From Azolla caroliniana (Eukaryota; Plantae; Polypodiophyta): a stretch of DNA of 64,000 nucleotides. Below, one piece after another: positions 11,302 through 24,472 of this stretch; positions within the stretch are counted from its first letter, which is position 1; every line of letters begins with the position of its first letter. The position numbers and the translations under genes are program-made. A model generated the notes under the pieces. It was given only the letters and a program-made list of their open reading frames with translations. It ran no database searches and was not told the origin of the DNA. The stretch spans positions 10,974,001 to 11,038,000 of the forward strand of contig JBHGNT010000005.1 in NCBI GenBank assembly GCA_043228905.1, given 5' to 3'.

Positions 11302-14300
11302 AAGACTCCAAATTTGCAATAGCAATTTGAACCCAATAACCTCTTCACGGAAAATGTGCAACATTAACCACTAGGATAGGTTATATTATATTTTATAAAA
11401 ATTAGATCATTAAGGATATATATGTAATATTATGAAATGTCCACACTTGGCATTCATGCAAGCATGCCTGCCTATGAGATGGTGTGACCATGCATGTGTC
11501 CAAACCATGCTATATAACCATGTGTCTGAGTATTGATGAACCATTCTTGTTCAAAGCTTGTCTTTGGGCATATTCCTGTAACTCTTGTTCTTATTGTTGA
11601 TACATTGTTAATCTTTTTTTATTTCTCTCTTTTATTTTCCTTTTCTCATTCTCTTCTTCACTTTAAACTTGTAATTGGCCACGACCATGACACCTCTTTC
11701 TTCATTCACCTATTCATCGATCTTAATATCTCTTCTTTCATTTACATCCTTTTCCATCTCACCTTGCAATGTAGTGCTTCGACCTTCTTTTATATCCATG
11801 TGAGAATCCTTGTCATGTGCAAGCCTCAAGGCGTGCACACTACAAGATAATGACAAGTCCATATTTGTTTTCCTTTTTAGCTTCCACAATGTGGACATTC
11901 TCCTATTGTCTCACTTCATCCTACACAATGAGCTAATCACCAGGTTTTGCATTTTATAGAAACCATGTATTAAACCAAATAGAAAAAAGGTTTAAAAAAT
12001 ATATTTCCCATTGGAGACAAAGTAGATTTATAAAACCTCTAGGATGATATACACTCGCATCTAATGATGGCAATAAAGCTCTATGGGAGAAATCTAGAAA
12101 AGTTGTATTTATAAATATCATTATAAGTGCATCGTTGAGCACTAGCATGAGCACTTAATATATGGAGCACCCTTTTAATATATACATTTTCAAACCAAAA
12201 AGTAAGGCATCTTCCTTATCTGGAAGATGAAATCATAAACTTGACACATCATATAAATTGTTAATAATTTTACAAATAAGCAAATAAAGGCATATTTCCA
12301 TTAGGGAAGTGCCTAACTAGTAAAAGATGTCCAATATCAAAATAGAATATCACTCTAACCAACATTTTTTCAATAATAAAGCTTACTAACGTATGTGTAA
12401 TGTTTTTTCTACTTCGGAGACCTTTTTTTAAATACTGCAATCAATAAATCAACATGCTTTTGTGGAAATGCATCACTATGCTTTTACAAGAATACATAAT
12501 AATTCAAACACATGTAGCCAATAGATTGAAGATAAAAGAGAGTTGTATAAACTTGCTAGCCTCTAATGAAATTCACAAAAAATGTAATTATAAAAAATAA
12601 AATGAAATGATGCTTTGAACAAGGCCTAATATTTGCTTTGAACCAAATAGGACATTTTAAACACCTTTTCTACCTACCCTATTATCTATGAACTTCAACT
12701 AGAGTCTCACGAATGCATTCAGCCATATTTTCCAATATCGTGAACTGCTATGCATACATTGAATACCAAAAGAATACATTAAGCTCCCCACACCAAAGAA
12801 AGCTACACAATTTTTTTTAAAAGAACATGAAAACATAATTAGACATTGTCTTCAGCTTATCATAATATATATATCCCATACTCTACACTACACTCCCACT
12901 TAATCAAGTCTTCATTGTACAAGAAGTACAAATATTGTCTCAACTTCATGAACAATATGTCCTCATGTCCTCTTCCAAAAACTTTCAACAATGAGTCTCT
13001 AAAGCTTTTGGGAGGCCTACATGTCATTAGATGTGGATATGTATTGGTAAATATTTCTCTAGGTTCTTTTATTTATGATAGACACTAATGACAATCTTTT
13101 ACATCAAGGGAACCTCCAAAAGTTGGGTTTTGGTTATCCATGTCCTTGGCCTTTACATTTAAACGAAACAAGGAATTCATTAACTCTGGTTGAGTCGGAA
13201 GGATATCCTTATCAAAGTTCTTTATCCCGATAAGGCTTCTTTCCTAGTTAGCATGAAGGTGAGGCCATGCACTTTGGTGGCAGATGTATGAACCCATATT
13301 AGATGTTAAGGATTTTGATACAGACCCCTATAGATAGAAGTATAGAAGGCCTCATTTTCAAATTCTAATTACATTGAATGCCAAATAGGTCATACAACTT
13401 CAAAGACGAATTGCACTAAAAAACTTATTGAGACTCACAAAGATAGCAAACATATTACTTAAAAGTTATATGTACACATTCAAATTACTTAGCAATAATA
13501 TCTCAATTTAATAATAGGCAACGCACATTTGTCCTCAATGTGATGGAATATATTTGCTCAAATTAGCCAATCAAGTGAGGATATTAGAATAAGAAACCTT
13601 TAGATTCATTGATGATTAAGAAAAAACATCATGTTGACATGATGAAAATTCACCAAGAAAGGAGAAAAGGTGACATAAATTAATTAGGTACATAATACAC
13701 TATATTGAAGAGGTGAGAAAGAATGGGCAAAATCAATAAGTAAACAAAAAATCATTAAATTTTAAAGATCATTAGCTCGAGAATGAACTAAAAATCATGG
13801 AATGTTAGAAGTCATAACGTCAGAGGAAGATAGAACACTAGAGAACCAACAAAACAACAAATGCTTGAAATCATTGCATGAATATTTAAAAAATGGAAAC
13901 TTGAAATCAACAAATCATGGCAGGCCAAAAAAACTAAATTATGGAAGCACCTCTTTCTTTGGTGGACAATATTAGAGATTCTACCACATTTGAAGTTGCT
14001 TTCTTGCATTGTCGGGTACAGTGTGTGATGCTAAATCTTGCTAAATCAAGTATAGGAACATCCAAACTATTCATAATAGTGTCAAACCCATGTGGAAACA
14101 CCCATTATTAGACTAGGATTTGTCTTTTCATTAGTTTGTTAGTAAGCACAATTCAATTCTCGACATTATGTAAGGAAGGTTGAGATTATATTCCTCGTTC
14201 TCGTGTTGCAATGATTGATAGCCAATGACATCTCACTGGGTATGTGCATGTGCATTCATCAAGTCGTTTACAATGTTAAAAACATCAAACTTCAAGCAAT

Positions 14301-15639
14301 GCACCATCACATTGCATTAGCATATATATCTAACCATGTTACACTAAACTAAAATTATGTTCAGCCTGAGATCATGCACAAGTGTGTGTGTGTGCGCGCA
14401 CACACACACACACACACACACCTACTTTACCATATTTTATAGTCCCTCCCATGGACATATAGAATTGAACATTATGGTTTTGGAATAATTGAAAAATATC
14501 CATCGGGAAGAACTTTGAAATACCCCTACATTTTCATTACTTCTTGCAATGGCCTTGTTCAACTCCCTTTCTCTTGAGTCTTACTTATGCCTGAATCTAG
14601 TCATTTTCACTCTAAGTGGTTCACACCCTAGCATGAATATCCTAAGTTGGGTAGAACCCAAATTTGATACGGCCCATAGGCTTAGTCCCATCCCACATAT
14701 CATGTTCAATCTCTCTTAAAATTTATTTTCCAAAAAGTCTCTCTTGGATTTTAATTATAAAGTATCTTCTGTCCACGTCGTGTCTAGTGGGTTTCACATA
14801 TACAATGGAAATCGTTAGGCATGGATAAGGTTGATTGTGGTTCCGTGAAGGGGATGTGTGGGGATATAAACATAATGCAAATAGAACATTATATTTAATG
14901 ATGTCAACTATAAGAACATGTGAGTTTGTATTTGGTTTTGTATTTCATCTTCAGCTATGACGACCCAATCTCTTCACTTTCCTCTTTTAAATACCAACAT
15001 TATTGGAACTAACGTGTAATTTGATTGTTTTTTTTACTACAGCAATTTTCAAATTGTTCCTTTGAGTAGAAAATCTACAAACTACATTCTTTCTTTCTTT
15101 TACTTAAAACAATCGAAATCCCATTCTTTTCTTCACTTCTATTCTACAATTCAATTTGAATTTGTTTAACACTATTTAGATTTCCTATACAATTCATTCA
15201 GAAAAAAGAACATTAAAATTGATGTTTGAGAAGCACTCCTTGGGACTTGTCATCAACCTCATCCATCATGACCATCACCTGCCCACCTCTAATATAGAGT
15301 CAAGGCTTCGACTCTTGATTACACTCCATTTGCTATTTTGTTTTTCATTTTACTAGCACTAGTATCTCTCCCTCAAAGCACACTTTGAATACTATTGTTT
15401 CTCTCCTCGTGTCTTCCTTGTCTGAAATTGCTTTCTGCAAGCATGGAAATCTCACAAAGGTTAGGTAATTCAGCACATTTACAAAAACTATTCCTTTGTT
15501 TATGCTAGACACAAAGATCATGGTCAAATGTTAGCTTACAAAACCATTACAACTTCCTCCCCCCCTTTTTTTATATTTAAAAACTTCATGGTCCATGTCC
15601 GCAACACAGGCACACACACATTACCTACTACAAGGGCAT

Positions 15640-16075
15640 TGATTCATGAAGCCTATCTAGACACTCATTTTACAAAGGAATTGCACATACGATAGAATTG
15701 ACTCGTTTCACCCCGACCAATGAATGATGTAGAAAAAAGGAGATAAGCTTCTCTCAACATACCTGCCATAAACTACGGTGTGACGCAATCCAAAGAATGA
15801 TAAGAACATGCTAATGTTGCAACTAACATGCATCTTATGGGGCATTTCTATTCACTCATGCTTAGTAACGTTGGGTACATCGAGTCTTGAGGAGTAATTT
15901 TGACGAGTGTTTGAAACTTTGAATGCACACGAGATCATGATGTTGTCACAAGCCACAAGATAGGGAAACTAGAGTAGTGTGAGACCTTCCATAAACTTAG
16001 CACATATATACATACATACATATATATGTATGTATGTATGTTTATGTATATATACATAAACATACATACATACTT
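15640..16075 (+). mobile_element. Possible very decayed LINE 3' end with a (TACA)/(TATG) tail
   Basis: Faint KLRCD and RTC*CC remnants resembling the LINE C-terminus at 6050-6170, followed by simple-repeat tail. Confidence 0.35.
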
Positions 16076-16190
16076 ATGGGGAATCGACGAATGGAAGATT
16101 TGCTTTTCCTGTTGTTAGAAAGCAAGCACTGACTGACTGACTGATTCACGGGTGGAATTGGCGTTCAGAAGATGAGAATGGAATACGAAT

Positions 16191-16194
<4 letters not shown>

Positions 16195-16234
<40 letters not shown>

Positions 16235-16402
16235 GTGTGTGTGTGTGTGTCTTTCTTTGAAAGAGGTAGGTGGTAGTGGGTATTCCACTACTGCCCAATA
16301 AATTATTTCCTTTTTTAAATTTCTTTCTTTACTGAAGAAGAAGTACGTGTAGTTGTAGAAGTATATATAGTTTGATCCGTTGGCCCCAAACATGAGTCCC
16401 TG

Positions 16403-16450
<48 letters not shown>
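16195..16450. repeat. (CT)n/(GT)n microsatellites in the presumed promoter or 5' UTR of the ferroportin gene
   Basis: CT then GT run at 16195-16250 and a CT run at 16406-16450, upstream of the ATG at 16575. Confidence 0.9.
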
Positions 16451-16454
<4 letters not shown>

Positions 16455-16574
16455 CACACGAAATTAATGGATGCAGCAGACGTTGGATTTGAGTTGGTTA
16501 ATGTTAATGGGATGAGAATTACAAGCAACAGGGTTTAAAGCCATCATCAATCACCACCCTCACTATTTATAGTG

Positions 16575-19500
16575 ATGATGCACACATGTCTGTTGATCAG
16601 CAGTAGCTGTGATGATGTTGCTTTATTGAAGGCCAACAACAAGCGTAAGGATAAGGAGGAGGTGGTGGAGGTGGGGAGTGATTGCATGGGTGGCAAAGTC
16701 GATGCTTTGGAGGAGGAGGTGGTGGTTAGTAATGGAGGAGGAGGAGCAGAGCAGTGCAGAAAGACTGAGGCATTAGAAGAAGAAGACAAAGGCAATAATG
16801 ATGATGATAGTGGCCTTCATTCTAGTAACAAGGGTCTTGTTCTGGAAAGGAAGGAGGAAGAGGAAGAGAGTCATCAGAATCATCATCATCAAAGTAGTAA
16901 GAGCAATAGCAGTAGCAGTAGCAGTGGTAGTGCTAATGGTGATGGTGATGGTGATGGTAATGGGCAGCGGCGGTTGGTGCATTACCTGTACCTCAGCTAC
17001 CTGCTCTGCCGTTGGGGAGACAGGTTTGGGCACTTCTCTCCAATGAAATCAAAAACAGATTCCTTGTTTATCTTCAAAAATTCCTTTGAAACATTTTAGG
17101 GTGTAAACCCTATTGTTTTTAGTACTAGACGCTTCGAAAATTGATTGATGCCATCGTGTGCAGAATGTGGGACTTTGCAGTAGGATTGTTCATGATTGAG
17201 ATATGGAAACACTCCTTGTTCTTGGCTTCCTTGTATGGTCTTGTTGAAACAGCAACAGTGGTTGTCTTTGGTGTTACCATTGGGGATTGGATGGATAAGT
17301 TCCCTCGACTCAAGGTCAAAACAAATTAAAGAACTAGAATATTTCTACATTGTAAACTGCGGTTTGTTATAAATGGCAAAATGCGTGTCGCATATGTATG
17401 ATGAGTCTAAATCTCTTTGGATTGCAGGTTATACAAATTTCCTTAGCACTGCAAAACATATCCATCCTTGGTGCATCCATGGCCATACTTGTTTTGTTAG
17501 TACAACCTTGGCCCACTATTAATAAGAGCTTCAAACTCTTTGGTGGTCTAATTTTGGCAGTTAATGTGCTTGGTGGTGTTTCAGCTCTTGCGAGCCTTGC
17601 AACGAAGGTCTCACTAGAACGTGATTGGTAATCCTGATCTAAAATACGCCCAAACCCTGTTTGCAATCTGCAATGCAATTTCTGATATCCTACGATTTTA
17701 TAGGCATGTACTTTTCCTAGCACAAAGTTCTTTATTTCTCTTGTTTCATTGAGCCAATGCAAATGAAGCCACACTAGATTCAATCGGAAGCTCTGCAGAC
17801 AAATACGCATGTCACACAAACAAAAATATGTATTCATATATAATATAAATGTCCTTGCAAATTAGGCAACATCAGCAGACTGATACATAACATTGCAAAA
17901 AGGAGTACATATGCATATATATAAAAATCTAGATAGACAGTCATAGATATATATTACAAACAATTTGAAATACTATGCCTGAATTTATAAAACTTAGTGT
18001 AAGGAATGGGCTGCCAATAATTGTCTAAAATAAGTTTTGAGTCCATATCTAATCTATGTATTAATATCAATTGGCAGGGTGGTAATAATGGCCGCAGGGA
18101 GTCCCGCAAACAACCTTACGAAGATGAATGCAGCAATGCGAAGGATCGATCTGTCATGCACTCTCCTTGCTGCAGTCTTTGTCGGACTCCTCATGAGTGC
18201 AGTCTCAGTGGTGACTGCAGCCATTTTCATGGCAGCATGGAATGTCACATGTGTGGGCATCGAGTATTGGTTATTGCTAACCATATACAAAAAGACTCCA
18301 AGACTCCATGAAAAGATACCAATTTATCAGCTCCACCTAACAAAAGTCGAGATGGTTCCTCCAATAACCAAAACCACCCAAGATCCTCTCCTTCAACCAG
18401 ATATAGAAAACCCCACACATGCATCATGTCATAGTCGAAAAGAATCTTTTCGAAGAGGATTTTCAGAAATACCAGAGTGCGTGGCTACCTTATGGCATAG
18501 GCTTATAAGTCTCCCTTCGTTTGAAGGCTGGAGGGTATATATGAGACAGCAAGACAAGCTTGCTGGAATCTCCTTCTCTCTTTTATCCCTCAGTGTTCTA
18601 AGGTATAAGAAACTTCCCTTTCCCCTTTCCTTCTCCTTCTAAGGTTAGACATGATATAGGCACACGCATAACCTTGATATAGGTTGTCCAATCTTAGGGT
18701 TAGAGATGGACCTGCTTGCATGTAGGGTATATATGGTCTGGGCACTAGAGCCACGGTTTAAGGATATTTAAGGGCTAGCTACAGTCGTTGTAAAGAGCGG
18801 AAGCAAACAAATTCAATAAAGAAATGAGAAACAAACGTAAAGAACAATCTCCTCCGGTAAGGCAATATCTTGTCCTTGGTTGTGTATGTACCACACAAGA
18901 TGGAAACACATATATGATATAGCTATACTATGCATTTGGGTAGAATATAATACTGACATAAACCTTTCTCACATTCATATACATACATATACACGTTTAA
19001 CAGAGGGCATCAATGAAATTTTGAATCAATGAGATCTACCACTTACACATGCTTATTACTTTCCATTAGCTTTGGCACACTTATGACAGCAAGTCTGAAA
19101 TGGAGAGGGTGTCCTGCTTATGTTTTGGGCCTTGCTCGTGGACTTGCTGCTTTGATTGGTATTTTTGCTACCGTTTCTTACCCATTTCTACAAGCTCGAC
19201 TACAAACACTAAAAGCAGGATTTGTTTCTATACTAATTCAGGTGAAATTGTGAAGCCTAAAAAGTTAAAGAAAACACCAAATAACCCTAACTTCAACGAT
19301 ATTCATAAAAACCTTCTAAGTTTTCAAAAACATTATGAAAATAGCCCTTTGTTACATAACTTTACTGAGTCCATCCATTGGGATAGTTTTCTCTTGTTTG
19401 AAAACTTGGGGGTATTCCGGTAAATGATTGACACAGTTAGGGGTATTGTGGTGTTCAGCCCAAAAATTAACCCAGATGGCACATGCACACTGAATACTTG

Positions 19501-20416
19501 GCAGGCTCTTGTGCATTCACTGTGAATTATTCCTTTTACTCTTTTAGTTTACAAAACCTTTTTCCATGTTGGTTCACTCAGTGGGCATTCCTCACATTGT
19601 GTGTGGTCTCGGTGTGGCTTAAAAACTCCACTGCTTCAACTGCACTCCTGATAAGTGGGGCAGGTGCGGCAAGGGCTGGCCTTTGGATGTTTGATCTTTC
19701 CGTCACCCAACTGATGCAGGTACACATGATATCCTACAGTATACTCTTTAGATATACAAATGTACATTATAAACCAAACTTTTATTATTGATGTTAAATG
19801 TGTTTGCCAGTGAACTAGTTCACACATATATCCATGATCCCATTAACCCCATCTTATGGCACCATGGCATCTTTCATAAGTATGAACACAGTCAAGAAAT
19901 TCTCACTAAACACCTCTAGGGTACGATTTCATTTGCTTGCACATTCACTCACATTCTCATTCACTTATCAGCTCATCACCACAGCAAGGTTCAAGCAATG
20001 TCCATTGCATGGTCATGAGTTTGGAAAGAAAATGAAGCTATTTCCTGTCAAAGATATTGGACATACTCTATAAATAAAAACATATGAGATTGCTAGGAAT
20101 CTGTGCCTGAGGAAGAGCGTGGAATTGTAGTTGGTGTGCAAAATACGATGCAATCCTTTTGTCAATTACTTACTTTTGTTGTTGGCATGATTATTCCACA
20201 TCCAAAGGTAATCATCCTCATTTTCAACTTTCTATTTCCTCATTAAAAAGTGAACACAAGTGATTCCAATATCTTAATTCCATAAATCTCTTGTAGGACT
20301 TTGACAAACTGATATTCATGTCATTCGGATCAGTAACTTTGGCAGCTATTTTATATGCTATTCAAGTATACTCTACACCTGAGAGAAAGGAAATCGCACA
20401 ATCTAGACAGTGGTAA
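16575..20416 (+). CDS. FPN: Ferroportin / iron-regulated transporter (IREG/FPN, SLC40 family), 8 exons, ~621 aa. Exons: 16575-17023, 17164-17314, 17428-17627, 18078-18602, 19070-19241, 19582-19719, 20097-20207, 20297-20416
   Basis: All introns are GT-AG and phase-consistent. Family motifs: YLYLSYLLCRWGDRMWDFAVGLFM, SLYGLVET, LERDWVV, MNAAMRRIDLSC, VLSFGTLMTA, GLWMFDLSVTQLMQESVPEEERG..GVQN, PHPKDF. Stop TAA at 20414-20416. The start ATG is the least certain point; orthology to FPN1 or FPN2 is not assigned. Confidence 0.93.
18652..18897 (+). mobile_element. Probable short solo LTR in FPN intron 4
   Basis: TG...CA ends, TATTTAA at 18765, AATAAA at 18815. Flanks AGACA/AGATG can both derive from an AGACG TSD by CpG decay. 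Confidence 0.45.
19269..19461. mobile_element. Foldback MITE-like element (Mutator-like) in FPN intron 5
   Basis: Inverted arms AACACCAAATAACCCTAACT..AAGTTTTCAAA and TTTGAAAACTT..AGTTAGGGGTATTGTGGTGTT; near-matching 9-bp flanks AAAAGTTAA/AAAAATTAA. Confidence 0.5.
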
Positions 20417-22210
20417 TAATCCTGATCATCTCAATTTGTATTTCAGTTCCCGAATGCTCAATTCCTTACCACGATATTTTGAAAAGGGGAGAAATTATAA
20501 CAATATAGTAACGTTCATGGGAGCCAATATGACTCATGGACCAAATACAGGACTCACCAAACCTCTGTCATGATTAGGGTCTAATGTAACCAAAATGCAT
20601 GATTAGGGTTTACTTCTCTTAAAAAATGCATGACTTATCATACCGCTGTCAACATATCTGGTACGACAAGGGTTTATACAAATGCATGATTCGGCATGGC
20701 TAGGCTTATGCTACAAAAAGATCCATGGTTTTCTCAATGAGAAGCGGATTGACAACTCATACGAATCTGCTTCTCTAATAAACTGCATGCAAATCTTCAA
20801 AAAGAAGACAAAAAGAGTACAAGAATAGATAGTTGTTCAATACTCACATCCCGCCGTCGTTTCATCTGTTTGCATGCACTCCTCTTCCTCCTCAGAAAGC
20901 ATGTTGCACAAACTTAGGCCTTTCTCTGTTTCTGCAGTCACGCACACTACTCTTCTTCTGTCGAGGAAAATAGAAAAGCTGGCTTACATAAAACATTGAT
21001 AGGCCTAGCTCATAGTAATAAAAAAAGAAGAAGAAGCTCAGGTGTGGAGGGCCCTTCATCCTGTCCTAATACATACATACATACATACATACATACATAC
21101 ATGATACATACATACTATGTATGCCATGACCATCTATGTGTTCATAATAATAAATTACACCAATTGGCTGAATGGTGTCTTGATCTTCCATCACATCATC
21201 CATCCATAAGTTAGATATATAGTAAATGGGAATGGTTGGTTGTATGTGGCTAAGGACGGGCTCTAGACGGTTTATGTGACGACAACACGAAATAAGCTAG
21301 GAATTGAGTAGCGAACTTTTTCTATCCTCACATCATCTCCTGTTCCTAGGATAATATTTTCTATCAATTTGAATCGGGATTCGAAATACTCCTTTCATCT
21401 TCTTTTATCTGATTAATCTTTTCAACAACTATTTAGTTTGTTGTCAAGCAATAATCCATGTTGCGTCTTTTAACCGAGGAACTAAGTTTTTGGTATTAGA
21501 GCAAGAGAATTGAAGGCAACGTACGGATTTGCATCGATATGAGTGCCAAGAAAACATACCAACATGAAGAGCTATCTCGATGAGTCCACCAATTAGAATT
21601 AATTCTATTAGCTTTGGGACAATTCTCGACAACACAAAACTCCCCCCCGAGGAACCAAAGTTCAATGTCCCATTGAAGTTTGACAGGTACACCATCTTAG
21701 TTCTGATGATTCCTTAACCAATTGCATCTAATGATTATGATGCATCCAAACCAATATCCAAAAGGCATAACTTCACTTGAGTTAGTTGGAACTTTCTTAG
21801 TAAGTAGGGTGCTCGTATGGTTGCTCCATTGCTCAAAAAAGAAATCATCTTTTCAACAAGATTTGATGGTTTGCACAAGCACCAAAATCCCTTCTCATAA
21901 AGGACCAAGAAGTGTAGGACACATAGTGTGGATTTGTCCACAATGACGGAGACATCACATGAACCAAAACTCATTTTCATAGAAGTGTGGGACACAATGT
22001 GGATTTGTCCCTATGGAACAGAGATGTCATTTGAACCAATTGTCCATAATAATCCCATTTCTAGTTCTCCAATTATGTCTAGTAAGCACTGTTGTAGAAT
22101 ACTTCACATACAACACGCTTAGAATACGTATGCCAAGCATTCTAACTTTTAAAAAAAAGAAACTTAGAATATGTATTTTATAGATAAAATATGTTAAATA
22201 CTTAGAATAC

Positions 22211-24472
22211 TATGAAATGCAGAAAAAAATCAAAACCAACCTACTTAGCCGCTTACTTCTTGCTCAATTTATAGTCGATACAAAGGTACCCATTTGGGTT
22301 GTCTTAGCTACATGCGTGCTAAAAAGGGTGTACTAAAAGGGTGGGTTGGCTTAGCTACATGCATCCTAAAGAGGGTGTGCTAAAAGGCTGGTACAAAGGA
22401 ACACATGCACACCACATTTCCCCCTTGAGAGAAACAAGGAGGTTTACGACATGGGGAAAGGGTGGGGATGAGAAGATGGACCTGGGCTGGGATAGGGCTT
22501 GATGCGAGCAACATGGGTTGAGGTAAATTGGCCATTGGAATCATGTTGGAGCAAGTACGTAGTGGATCTAGTGGCATGAACTACGGTGAATGGGCGGCTC
22601 CCTCGGTGCATGAGGGATTCGTTGAGACTGCGCCGCCGGATTGGGAAGTTATTGAGCGAGCAAGCTCAACTTGGGCTGAATCGGCTGAAAACACCGAGAA
22701 CTGGATTGGATAGACACTGATCTGTTAGGCCCGGATCGGCCGAATAAGCCGAAAGCCGAATCAGTGGCTAAGCTGAATCAACATGGAATCCGATAGGCCG
22801 TTAGGGGCCTATATTCCTATTTTAGTAAATAGGAATATTATAGGCAGAGTTAGTGTCAGGCTCATCTATGAGCATTAAAGTACTGATGGTACTTGTGTCA
22901 ACCCACTCGTTAGGGCTTGTATAAAAAGTGCTCTATGGGCACACTATAAGTACTAAGTCATTTTGGTAACAGAAGATTACTGATGTATGCTCCACTCAGT
23001 CTCTCTCTCTCTTACTTTCTCTGTGCTCACCTAACTTTCGTATTTCCGAATAACTAAATGTGTACTCTGTGTCTTTCGTATACGTTTCTACACATATCTT
23101 TTTACAGAAGTAAACAAGGACTTTGGTTCCATCAGCATAAGTTAGGGTAATTCGACCTCGTAGTACCACTTTTGGCGTTGTTGTGTGACTTGTAGGTTTC
23201 GGGAGTTGGCTTGTCGAAGGAGGGGGAGCATCTATTGGAGATAGAGCCTCCAAGTGGTTCTATCAATGTTGGCAAGTTTGGAATGGACATCAATGGACTA
23301 TTCTGGTGGGAGGCGAGGGTCGCGCCCATAGAGTGCTCGAAAAAGGGTTGATCTATGTTTACGTATGTATGGATGTATTGTAGGCGTGGGTGACGAAAGG
23401 CAAGATTTGATCCTAGGTTTTGTGGGATGGATCAATGTAAGCGGCAAACTCCTGCTTGAGGGTCTTGTTGGGGGTGTTTAGTGAGGTCATTTGTCTAAGG
23501 ATGGTATGGGGACGTAAACACCTGCTGGACACCTAGTTGAGGTGCAACGATGTTGAGGACATCTCCATGGAACTAGCGGCCCAAATATGATAATAGTTGG
23601 ACGGGGCTAGTGATGGAAAACAAGCTAACAATTGATGGAGATCAATCTCTCCTATGGATTGAGGGCCACTTAGACTTGGCTGAGGTGGGGGACAAGGGGA
23701 CTATCGTGTAGGTGGGGGATCAAGGGAGCTTGTGGGACAAGAAATTGGTGGGTAACGAAATCAATTATAGCACGACGCTTGAGGAACCAATCATAACCTA
23801 CGGTGAGGGGCAAGAGTTGGTGGGGCAAGACATAAAAGTGGTGTGAGAAAGTAAGATTGCCTAAGGTGACGATGCAATGGGTTTGCGTGTGAGAGTGCTA
23901 TAAATGTTGGTGATCGCCGAAAAGGACTTGGATGGAGGGAGCAGTTAATGTCAGGAGGCCTGAATTGTGAACTACGATGCTAATGCAAGAGATACTACTA
24001 CTAGTGTCTCACAAGATGGTGTGGTTGGAGTGATTGATGGTGGCGAGAGCGGTGCATACCTGCGAAGTGGAAGAGGCGAACACTTGGACGTGGGGGGTTG
24101 GCTCTTCCATCAACACCTGAGAGGTCAGTTTCAAGAGCTGATTTGAAGCATAACGTTGGAGATTACTTGCAAGAGCTACTCCATTTGGAACTGGGGTGGC
24201 CACTCATGAGGTTGTGGGAACTCAATCTGCATAGGGGTATCGACTTCAGAAGCAATGGGAGGGAGTTGGGATGCCATGAATGAGGTGTTAGCGGCTAAAA
24301 TTTGACCCCGTCATCTCCACCAATATGTGAAATGCACATAAAGAGATCAAAACTAGCCTACGTAACTTCTTACTTCTTGCTCAATTTATAGTCGATACAA
24401 AGGTACCCATTTGGGTTGGCTTAGCTACATGTGTGCTAAAAGGGTGGCACAAAGGAACACATGCACACCACA
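22211..24472 (-). mobile_element. Small non-autonomous LTR retroelement with a tRNA-Ala PBS
   Basis: Direct repeats 22211-22416 and 24326-24472; PPT AAGGGGGAAA; PBS TGGTGGAGATGACGGGG (24306-24322); 4-bp TSD ATAC; no recognisable gag/pol motifs inside. Confidence 0.75.
22650..23106 (+). mobile_element. Copia solo LTR (family of LTR 61523-62017)
   Basis: Aligns end to end with 61523-62017; exact 5-bp TSD GAAGT at 22645-22649 and 23107-23111. Confidence 0.9.

Noticed and set aside
11300-15600. Hidden gene or transposase in the AT-rich block upstream of FPN
   Set aside because: Only short ORFs with no recognisable motif or consistent splice pattern; probably old TE debris, left unassigned.
16752-16757. 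Iron-responsive element loop CAGTGC
   Set aside because: The flanks do not pair, it lies in coding sequence, and IRE/IRP control is not established in plants.
20355-20573. Alternative FPN C-terminus (72-aa ORF) or an extra intron at 20413-20446
   Set aside because: The spliced frame already gives the family-like LYAIQVY and a stop at 20416; a 34-nt intron is implausibly short.
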